Source of the DNA: an uncultured Verrucomicrobiae bacterium
GTDB lineage: Bacteria; Verrucomicrobiota; Verrucomicrobiia; Chthoniobacterales; Chthoniobacteraceae
Assembly: GCA_963836755.1 (NCBI GenBank)
Contig: CAWIKF010000002.1
Location: forward strand, 1,152,001 to 1,216,000
Reading direction: 5' to 3'
DNA: 64,000 nucleotides
The notes under the pieces are model-generated. The model ran no database searches. It had not been told where the DNA came from and saw only the letters and a program-made list of their open reading frames with translations. The translations under genes and the position numbers were made by a program. This document shows positions 53,494 through 60,986 of the stretch, piece by piece; position 1 is the first letter of the stretch, and each line of letters starts with the position of its first letter.

Positions 53494-54146
53494 GCGTTCG
53501 CTCCCATCTTCGTTTGCGCCTCTTTGATCGCCGCGACGATGTTCGTGTAAGCGCCGCAGCGGCAGATATTCCCGCTCATCCATTCGCGGATTTCCCCGTC
53601 GCTCCGCGCGTGCCCTTCTTTCAAAAGCGCGACGGCCGAGCAAATTTGCCCCGGGGTGCAATAGCCGCACTGGAAGCCGTCGTGCTCGATGAACGCCGCC
53701 TGCACGGGATGCAATTCGTCGCCGTGCGCGAGTCCCTCGATCGTCGTTATTTCATCGCCCTCGTGCGTCACGGCGAGGCTGAGACACGAGTTGATGCGCC
53801 GGCCGTTGACGAGCACCGTGCACGCGCCGCACTGGCCGTGGTCGCAACCTTTTTTGGTGCCGGTTAAATCGAGCCGCTCGCGCAGCGCATCGAGCAGACT
53901 CACTCGCGGATCAAGCTCCAGAGCGTGTTCCGAGCCATTGATTTTCAGTGTGAGCTTCACCGTCGCCGCGCCTTCGAGCGCGGGCGTTGGGGCGGCGGAC
54001 ATTTTAAAAAGTTGGCCGCCGAGCGAAATCGCCGCGCCCGCGACGCCGACTTTTTTGATGAAAGTGCGGCGCGATTCCGTGTGGCGGGGGAGGTCGGATT
54101 CGCGGCCGACGCGCGAGCCGGAAAATCTGAAACCGTCTTCAGTCAC
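53490..54146 (-). CDS. paoA: 2x[2Fe-2S] subunit with Tat signal (PaoA/YagT-like)
   Basis: SRRTFIK Tat motif; GCDHGQCGAC, QCGYC, NICRC. Confidence 0.87.
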   Translation of the reverse strand: MTEDGFRFSGSRVGRESDLPRHTESRRTFIKKVGVAGAAISLGGQLFKMSAAPTPALEGAATVKLTLKINGSEHALELDPRVSLLDALRERLDLTGTKKGCDHGQCGACTVLVNGRRINSCLSLAVTHEGDEITTIEGLAHGDELHPVQAAFIEHDGFQCGYCTPGQICSAVALLKEGHARSDGEIREWMSGNICRCGAYTNIVAAIKEAQTKMGANA

Positions 54147-54742
54147 CCCTGCATTTCGTGGCTCGCAGCGACGGTGGATTTACAAAATCTTTCGTAGTCG
54201 CGCACCTCATCGATATCGAATTCGCCGTCGGGAAAATCGAGCGCGGTCACTTCCGCCGCATGCTCCGCGAGAAGCGGCTTCGCGCCTTGATCGCCGTGCA
54301 GCTCGAGCAACTCATCAAAAAACTTCCGCTCGAAAAAAACCGGCGAGCCGATGCTGCCGCCATAAGCCGAAGCGGCAATCGGCGCGTGCGCCGTCATCAA
54401 TCGATCGAGGTGCGCGCGCGAAATCATCGGCTGGTCGCAAAGTAAGATCAGCACCGCGTCCGCCTCGTCGCGCACGCTCGCCACGCCCGCGCGAATCGAC
54501 GACGCGATTCCCTCGCTCCAATTTTTGTTTTCAATAATCCGCACCGGCGAGCCGACGACCGCCTCCGCGCATTTTTTCGAAAACGCTCCGAGCACCACGA
54601 CCACAAGATCGGCCTGCGACTCGAGCGCGATGTCAGTCACGTGCGCGAGCAGTGATTGCCCGGCGACCGGCAGTAATTGCTTGGGACTTCCGAGCCGCGA
54701 CGAGCTGCCGGCGGCTAGAATCAATGCAGCGCAACGGTGCAT
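54143..54742 (-). CDS. mocA: molybdenum cofactor cytidylyltransferase-like protein
   Basis: ILAAGSSSRLG.PKQLL, W.EGIASS, LCDQP, GDQGA, DID. Confidence 0.82.
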   Translation of the reverse strand: MHRCAALILAAGSSSRLGSPKQLLPVAGQSLLAHVTDIALESQADLVVVVLGAFSKKCAEAVVGSPVRIIENKNWSEGIASSIRAGVASVRDEADAVLILLCDQPMISRAHLDRLMTAHAPIAASAYGGSIGSPVFFERKFFDELLELHGDQGAKPLLAEHAAEVTALDFPDGEFDIDEVRDYERFCKSTVAASHEMQG

Positions 54743-55647
54743 GAATGCGCAACCTCGTGAATCGGTCGGCGGCAATCGCGCAAAAAACCGCCGCCATGAT
54801 TTGCCATCGCCGCTTGAATTTCCGCGACGATCGACAGCGCGATTTCGTCCGGTGATTCTGCGCCGACATCGAGTCCGGCTGGTCCGTAAAAATGATGCAG
54901 CGCCGAGTTCACCGGCAGCAATCCGGCCGTCATCAGCGCGTTGAGCAGCTCGCTTTTTCGCCGCCGCGAACCGAGCAGGCCGATGTATCCGAACGGCTTC
55001 GGAAGCGCGCATTGCAGCGCGGCAAAGTCGCGCCCGAAATGATGATTTTTCACGATGACGGCAGTGCGCGCATCGGGCTCAAGCGTCATCGCATCGGGGC
55101 GTTCGAGCAGCATCGCGTCCCAGCCGAGCAGTCGCGAAAAACAAAGCAGCTCGTCCGTCCCGGCGCTGTCACCGAAGATGACGAGCCGAACCGGCGGCGC
55201 GATGATTTCCTGGAATCCCTCCATTCCCGCGGGGCAAAGTTCCTGCGGATACGATGCGCGGAGCGGCGAGTTTTCAAAAACGACCGCTACTCGTGCCGGT
55301 TGTCGCTTCGCGAAACATTGTGCGACGTATTTTAAAAACGCGTTTCCCGGCTCGATGCGCTCGACGAACACCTCAATCGTCCCGTGGCAGCCGAAACGCT
55401 TCAACGTATCGATCGGAAATAACTCCGGCACGCCGGATGCGATCACGGGCAGCGCGCGTTGCGCAATTTCCTCCTCGATGCAGCCGCCGCTCAACGTGCC
55501 GACCGTTTGCCCGTCCGCAAATATCAGCATTCGCGCGCCGGGTTTGCGATAGCTCGAGCCGGTCGTCCGCACAATCGTCGCCAGCGCCATGTGCTCGCGC
55601 GCGCCGGCGAACGCTTCGAGGATTCTGCGCAGCTCTTTCATGGACAT
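54721..55647 (-). CDS. xdhC: XdhC/PaoD-family Moco insertion chaperone
   Basis: GSSYRKPGARM, GTLSGGCIE, YIGLLGSRR, GPAGLDVGAESPDEIALSI. Confidence 0.88.
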   Translation of the reverse strand: MSMKELRRILEAFAGAREHMALATIVRTTGSSYRKPGARMLIFADGQTVGTLSGGCIEEEIAQRALPVIASGVPELFPIDTLKRFGCHGTIEVFVERIEPGNAFLKYVAQCFAKRQPARVAVVFENSPLRASYPQELCPAGMEGFQEIIAPPVRLVIFGDSAGTDELLCFSRLLGWDAMLLERPDAMTLEPDARTAVIVKNHHFGRDFAALQCALPKPFGYIGLLGSRRRKSELLNALMTAGLLPVNSALHHFYGPAGLDVGAESPDEIALSIVAEIQAAMANHGGGFLRDCRRPIHEVAHSCTVALH

Positions 55648-55731
55648 TCACAAAAACGTGTCAGCGCGCGCAAAAGGCCGTCTGCACTCGCGCGGCAACG
55701 GATGGTGAAACTTTGATCGCAATTCAAACGC

Positions 55732-56502
55732 TCACGCAAAGCGCGCGCGAAACATCGCGCTGACCCAGACGGAAAAGAGCCGCGCATTTCCCAAAAGCTC
55801 ATGCGCGAATGCCCGCGCGGTGACGTGCGGCGAGGCGATGATGAGCAGCAGCGTCAGCACGAGCAGATTCATCAAGTAAATGATGACGAGCGAAAAAAAC
55901 GTCCCGTAATACGTGAGGTCGGTTTGCCCGCGCGGAATCATCCAGAGCGTGAAGGAAATGTGGAAGGCCCATGTCGCGCCGATCAAGGCGTAGAGCCAGC
56001 GGTGATACGGCTCGACGTGATAGAACAAGCCGATGCCGCCGTAAATCGCGATGACGAGGATCGAGTAAAGCGGGAAAAAGTAGGGCGCGAGCGCGATCCA
56101 GAAATTGTGTTTGTCGCTGATGATGTGGCCGCCGTCGCTGCTGACGTTAAACTCGGAAACGCGGCCGCCCATCATCCAGACCCAGAGCGCGTGCGTCGCT
56201 TCGTGGCCGAAAACGTAGATCCAAAGCGGTCGCGGCAGGCCGAAAAAAACAATCGTCCAAAGCAGTGCTCCCAGCGCGAAAAACCAAAATTCTTCCGACG
56301 CCCAAAAATGATGCTGCAGCGTGGCGCGTGAGAAGCAGGAGAAAAAAGTTTTCGTCCAGATGCCGGCGAGCGGCAGCAGAAAGACGCCGATGACGGTGTT
56401 GATCCACCAAAGCGGAATCATCAGCGGCTCACGCGCGGCGCGACCCCGCGGCGAACGCTGAGTCGCAGCGGCGGGGCGTGGCTTGCGTCGGACGTTTGGC
56501 AT
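55732..56502 (-). CDS. membrane protein with HExxH motif (M50-like metallopeptidase)
   Basis: YVFGHEATHA within a TM context; NFWIALAPYF; start uncertain. Confidence 0.65.
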   Translation of the reverse strand: MPNVRRKPRPAAATQRSPRGRAAREPLMIPLWWINTVIGVFLLPLAGIWTKTFFSCFSRATLQHHFWASEEFWFFALGALLWTIVFFGLPRPLWIYVFGHEATHALWVWMMGGRVSEFNVSSDGGHIISDKHNFWIALAPYFFPLYSILVIAIYGGIGLFYHVEPYHRWLYALIGATWAFHISFTLWMIPRGQTDLTYYGTFFSLVIIYLMNLLVLTLLLIIASPHVTARAFAHELLGNARLFSVWVSAMFRARFA

Positions 56503-56605
56503 GCGATGCAGCCATTTTTTGGCAGTCCCTCCACGCGATGTCGAAGAATCTGTTTCCGAATTTTATCCGCCGGCAAACGGACGAGCGCCAGGCTCGCGGG
56601 CAGAG

Positions 56606-57163
56606 CTACGCGCGGCCCATGTAGGCGCCGGTGCGCGTGTCGACTTTGATCAGCTCGCCTTCCTTGATGAAGAGCGGGACGGTGATGCTCTTCCCGGTTT
56701 CGAGCACGGCCGGTTTTTGCACGTTGTTCGCGCTGTCGCCGCGGACGCCTTCGGCGGACTCGATGACTTTGATGTGCACCGATGCGGGCATTTCCAGCTG
56801 GGCCGGTTTTCCCTCGATGGAAAGCACCTGCACCTTGAGATTTTCCACGAGATAATCTTTCCCGTCGCCGAGCAGAGCCTCATCGAGCGTGATCGTCTCG
56901 TAGGTGCCGGGGTCCATGAAGTGATAGCCCTGGTGATCTTTGTAGGAAAATTCCAGCTCCTGCCGTTGCACGTCCACCGTTTCGATTTTGTCCGTCGAGC
57001 CGAAGCGGACATCGGCGCTTTTGCCGGTATTAATATAGCGGATGATCGCCTGCACGAACGCGCGGAGATTGCCCGGCGTGCGGTGCTGGACTTCGAGGAC
57101 GATGGCCGGGTTGCCGTTGTAACGGATGGCCATGCCTTTGCGGAGATCGTTTGCGAGTGCCAT
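56606..57163 (-). CDS. efp: translation elongation factor P
   Basis: ANDLRKG, HRTPGNLRAFVQ, FMD..TYE, GVRGDSA...KPA.LETG..I.VPLFI..GE.I.VDTR.G.Y..RA. Confidence 0.95.
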   Translation of the reverse strand: MALANDLRKGMAIRYNGNPAIVLEVQHRTPGNLRAFVQAIIRYINTGKSADVRFGSTDKIETVDVQRQELEFSYKDHQGYHFMDPGTYETITLDEALLGDGKDYLVENLKVQVLSIEGKPAQLEMPASVHIKVIESAEGVRGDSANNVQKPAVLETGKSITVPLFIKEGELIKVDTRTGAYMGRA

Positions 57164-57196
57164 GGAGAAAGTGCGGTGGTTTGGAGGTGGGCGCGT

Positions 57197-57225
57197 AGTA
57201 TTGCCGCGCCTCCGTGTCGAGTCAA
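57197..57225 (-). promoter_or_regulatory. sigma70 promoter of efp
   Basis: TTGACT-17bp-AATACT on the minus strand, 33 nt before the ATG. Confidence 0.6.
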
Positions 57226-57250
57226 AGGGAAGATTCTCCGCTCGCGGTGA

Positions 57251-57562
57251 ATGGCGCGTGCCGCTCCTGCGGAAAAAGTTTCCGTCGCGACGGGAGGGTG
57301 CGGCTTCGCGACGGGAAGCGCTGCCGTCGCGACGGGATTCATTTCCTTCGCGACGGTTTTGATTTCCTTCGCCACGGGAAAGGCTGCCGTCCGCGCGGCG
57401 GCGATTCCCTTCGCGCCGGGCGGCGCATCCGTCGGGCGGGGAATGTTTCCCGTCGCGAAGCCGGGGATTCCCCTCGGGACGGGAAAGGCGGGCGCGGGGA
57501 CGAATTGGCTTGCCGCGGGTCGGGCGGGCGGTTTCGATGCGGAGGAAGCGGAATTTTTTTGA
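57251..57562 (+). CDS. possible 103-aa heptad-repeat peptide (xSVATGx), coding status uncertain
   Basis: ATG-initiated ORF spanning the array and ending 3 nt before the next ATG; most other frames are also open here. Confidence 0.25.
   Translation: MARAAPAEKVSVATGGCGFATGSAAVATGFISFATVLISFATGKAAVRAAAIPFAPGGASVGRGMFPVAKPGIPLGTGKAGAGTNWLAAGRAGGFDAEEAEFF
57278..57487. repeat. degenerate tandem array, ten 21-bp units with palindromic core
   Basis: Units in exact 21-bp register from 57278; consensus ATT-NCC-KTC-GCG-ACG-GGA-NNN; perfect CCGTCGCGACGG at 57282-57293 and 57324-57335. Confidence 0.85.
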
Positions 57563-57565
57563 CCC

Positions 57566-58267
57566 ATGTCCACACCTTATTACCCTGAAACCATCGAAGG
57601 CCGCGCGGATTGGTGGCAAAACAAGATCGACAAGATCGGCATCATCACCGCGCTCGATGCCGAGGCCGCGCCGGCCATCCTCGAGGATGCGAAGATGGCG
57701 GTTTACCTCTATCGGACGCTGCCGGGGCTCTACGATACGTTCGTCGTCCAGGTGCACGGCTACATCAACTCCTACCTCACCGGCGCCGTGGGAACGCCCG
57801 CGCCGAAAGTGATGCCGCTGCCTGCCTGGCCAGCGATGCCCGTGACGGGCGTGGTCTCGGGAATCGAGGGCCGACGCGTGAAATGGGTGCCCGTTTTAAA
57901 AAACAGCACCGGCTATGAGCCGACGAACCAAGGAGTCGCGTTGCTGCTCGAGTCCGTGGGCGGGGCCTTCCAGCCGGACAGTTACAAGGCGGAGATCGTC
58001 TCGGTGGAAAGCCTGGCGGTGGCGCAGGTGATGGTGAAATTCCGCAAGGCGCGCGGTGCGATCACCGGCATGGCTTTCAACGGGCGCAAGACCGGGACCG
58101 GAACTTTCCTCGACCTCGGGCGCTTCACGGTGACGCCGGCGAGCCTGCACATCCCGATCGGCACGCCGGGGCAGGCGGAGCTGTGGGAAATCCAGGGGCA
58201 GGCGTTTAAGGGCGACACACTCATCGGCACGCCAAGCAGTATCTCGGAAGTGCTGGTGCGCGGGTAG
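57566..58267 (+). CDS. hypothetical protein (helical N-terminus, Pro-rich linker, beta-rich Ig/FN3-like C-terminus)
   Basis: 233-aa ORF with strong G/C third-position bias; no signal peptide; C-terminal WEIQGQAFKGDTLIGTPSSISEVLVRG. Confidence 0.75.
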   Translation: MSTPYYPETIEGRADWWQNKIDKIGIITALDAEAAPAILEDAKMAVYLYRTLPGLYDTFVVQVHGYINSYLTGAVGTPAPKVMPLPAWPAMPVTGVVSGIEGRRVKWVPVLKNSTGYEPTNQGVALLLESVGGAFQPDSYKAEIVSVESLAVAQVMVKFRKARGAITGMAFNGRKTGTGTFLDLGRFTVTPASLHIPIGTPGQAELWEIQGQAFKGDTLIGTPSSISEVLVRG

Positions 58268-58293
58268 GGCGTGGCGACGGCGGGAACGCGCGT

Positions 58294-59409
58294 CTAGCTG
58301 TCGGTGCCCGGCGCGGTGCGGGACTCCATCGGGATGGCGTTGCGGAAATGGACGTCGCGCTGCGGAAACGGAATCTCGACGCCGGCGGCGCGAAGTTTTT
58401 TCTCAATGGCGAAGTTCAGGTCGCTGCGAAAGCGGCGCGGGCGATCGCTCATCTCGTTACTCCAGACGACGAGTTGAAAGTTGAGCGAGCTGTCGCCAAA
58501 CGCGTCGAAGAAAACCGTCGGCGCTGGATTCGCGAGCGCGGCCGGATGCTCGCGCGCGACCTCGATGAGGCAGGCGCAAACTTTTTCCACATCGGACCCG
58601 TAGGCGACGCCGATGGGGATGCGGAAGCGGACTTTGGGATCGCCGACGCTCCAGTTCGTGACGGTTTCTTTCACGAAATAGGAGTTCGGGACGATGAGGG
58701 CGATGTTGTCGTTGGTGACAATCGTCGTGCTGCGCGCGCGGATTTGGCGCACCGCGCCGGCGGCACTGCCGACCTCGACGCGGTCGCCGATGGCGATCGG
58801 GCGCTCGGCGAGAATGATGAGACCGCTGAGAAAGTTGCTCGCGATTTCCTGCAAGCCGAGGCCGACGCCGACACCGACCGCGCCTGCAAAAACCGTGAGA
58901 GCCGAGAGATCGATGCCCGCATTTTGCGCGACGACGAAACAGCCCAGGACGAGGACGACGTAGCCGGTGATCTGGCTCACCGTGTATTGCATCGCGCGGT
59001 CCATTCCGCTGCGCGAAAGGAAGCGGTTTAAAAGAAAACGCTTCGCGAGCGACGACGCCCAGAACACGAGCACGACCATCACGACGAGGCGCAAGATGCC
59101 GGTGAGGCTGAGGCCGATGCCCGGCAGCGGCGCCGCCCAATTGATCGGCAGCCCGGCGATGTTCAGCCCGATCAAGACCGCGGTCACGAAAACCGCGAGG
59201 CTCATGCAGGCGGTGACGAAGGCGACGACTCCTTTTTCCAGGCCGAACCGGGTGAGCCATCTCCGCATCCGCTCGCTTTGCAGAAAGCCGGACCCCGCAA
59301 GCCCGATGAGGAACGCAAGCCCGAAGCCAGCCATCCCCGCGATGGAAAGATGATGCCCGAAGAGCGGGAAGCGGTTTTCAAAAAGCCACGCGGAGTTCAT
59401 CCCTCCCAT
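58294..59409 (-). CDS. MscS-family mechanosensitive channel
   Basis: GAVGVGVGLGLQEIASNFLSGL, PIAIGDRV, IVPNS, IGVAYGSD, EIPFPQRDVH. Confidence 0.92.
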   Translation of the reverse strand: MGGMNSAWLFENRFPLFGHHLSIAGMAGFGLAFLIGLAGSGFLQSERMRRWLTRFGLEKGVVAFVTACMSLAVFVTAVLIGLNIAGLPINWAAPLPGIGLSLTGILRLVVMVVLVFWASSLAKRFLLNRFLSRSGMDRAMQYTVSQITGYVVLVLGCFVVAQNAGIDLSALTVFAGAVGVGVGLGLQEIASNFLSGLIILAERPIAIGDRVEVGSAAGAVRQIRARSTTIVTNDNIALIVPNSYFVKETVTNWSVGDPKVRFRIPIGVAYGSDVEKVCACLIEVAREHPAALANPAPTVFFDAFGDSSLNFQLVVWSNEMSDRPRRFRSDLNFAIEKKLRAAGVEIPFPQRDVHFRNAIPMESRTAPGTDS

Positions 59410-59494
59410 TACGAAATGCGGAGAGGGATTGCTCGCATCGTGGACTTGTCGCGCGTCAGTTCGTGAAGCCCGGATCCTGGATTGAGAACGCCGA

Positions 59495-60886
59495 TCACTT
59501 TTTCTTTTCCAGCGTGCAGTTCACCAGCTTCACGTCGGCATCGCGCACAACGTCCGGTTTTTGCACGTCCTTGAAGGTGGAATTGTAAATGCGCACGCCG
59601 CTGATGGTCGCGCCGGGGAATCCTCGCACGTTGAGCACTCGCGGTGTGTGCGCGACGGTGATGTTTTGCATGACGATGTTTTTCGCGGCCGGCATGAAAT
59701 CGCCGTTCGCGCCTTCTTCGTAAAGGAAGTCGATTTGCAGCACGGAATCTTTCACGAGGCCGACGTTGATGTTGCGCATGAAGATGTTTTGCTGCACGCC
59801 GCCGCGCATGGCGTTGGATTTCAAACGGAGCACGCACACCAGGTTCGGGCTGCTCATTTCGCAGTTTTCCACGAAGACGTTGCTGCAACCGCCGGAGATT
59901 TCGCTGCCAATCGCGACGTCCGCGTGCCCGTCGCGCATGGTGCAATTGCGGACGATGATGTTTTGCGACGGCACGCCGATGCGTCGCCCGTCGTTGTTGC
60001 GCCCGGATTTGATGGCAATGCAATCGTCGCCGGTGTCGAAGGTGCAGTTGTCGATCAGCACATCGTTGCAACTTTCGGGGTCGCATCCGTCGTTGTTGGG
60101 ACCGTGCGAGAAAATATCGACGCCGGTCACGGTGAAGTTTGTGCAAAGGAGCGGATGCAGCTCCCACATCGGCGAACGGCGGATGCGGACGCCTTGAATC
60201 AAGACATTGCGGCATCGGTTGAACTCGACAAAGCTCGGGCGCAGAAAATCGCCCTGTCCGAAACGGCGCTGATCCACCGGCACGCTGTCGTTATTCATTT
60301 CCTCGAGCCGCCGGCGCGCAGCGAGCTGGTTGTTCGTGCCGCCCTTGAGCCCCTTCCACGCGAGCCAATTCGATTCGTCCGCTTGTCCATCGAGCGTGCC
60401 GTCACCGGTCACGGCGATATTTGACGCGTCAAAGGCGCGAATCAGCGGCGAGTAGTTGAAGCACTCCATGCTTTCGAAACGCGTGAGCACCACGGGCAAA
60501 TAAGCTTTTGGATCGGTGCTAAATTTTAAAACGGCCTTGGTGTCGAGGTGGAGATCGACGTTGTTTTTCAATTCGATGGCTCCGGTAAAAAATTCGCCGA
60601 CCGGAACCACGACATGACCGCCGCCCGCCTTTTCACATGTCTCGATCGCGCGGGCAATCGCGCGGGTGCAATCTGTTTTCCCATCCGCCACCGCGCCAAA
60701 GTCGGTGATGACAAAGTTACGTTTAGGAAACTGAGGGGCAACGATTCGCTCGAGGATTTCCGGCACTTGCGACCAATCCGCGCTGGTCTGCGGCGGCGCC
60801 GCTGCATCGGCTGCCGCTGGAATGAGGCAAAAAAGCACGGCGTTCAAACCGGCGAACGGCCAGAACGAAGATTTTTTTCGGTGCAT
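59495..60886 (-). CDS. secreted GH28 polygalacturonase-family hydrolase
   Basis: DFGAVADG, NNDGCDPES, GDDCIAIKSG, GH...AIGSE, RLKS. Confidence 0.9.
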   Translation of the reverse strand: MHRKKSSFWPFAGLNAVLFCLIPAAADAAAPPQTSADWSQVPEILERIVAPQFPKRNFVITDFGAVADGKTDCTRAIARAIETCEKAGGGHVVVPVGEFFTGAIELKNNVDLHLDTKAVLKFSTDPKAYLPVVLTRFESMECFNYSPLIRAFDASNIAVTGDGTLDGQADESNWLAWKGLKGGTNNQLAARRRLEEMNNDSVPVDQRRFGQGDFLRPSFVEFNRCRNVLIQGVRIRRSPMWELHPLLCTNFTVTGVDIFSHGPNNDGCDPESCNDVLIDNCTFDTGDDCIAIKSGRNNDGRRIGVPSQNIIVRNCTMRDGHADVAIGSEISGGCSNVFVENCEMSSPNLVCVLRLKSNAMRGGVQQNIFMRNINVGLVKDSVLQIDFLYEEGANGDFMPAAKNIVMQNITVAHTPRVLNVRGFPGATISGVRIYNSTFKDVQKPDVVRDADVKLVNCTLEKKK

Positions 60887-60986
60887 GATCTAAATTAGCA
60901 CCGGGGAAGATCAATGTCGGCTCCGCCGCTTGACAGCGGCCGCGTTTCTCGCATAAGAGCGACGCCGGTTTGAAAACTTTTAGCAC

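Noticed and set aside
55636..55653. Third Rex-type site at the xdhC start
   Set aside because: Only one half-site (TTCACAA); the other half does not match.
57278..57487. CRISPR array
   Set aside because: Units are contiguous 21-mers without unique spacers, and there are no cas genes in the window.
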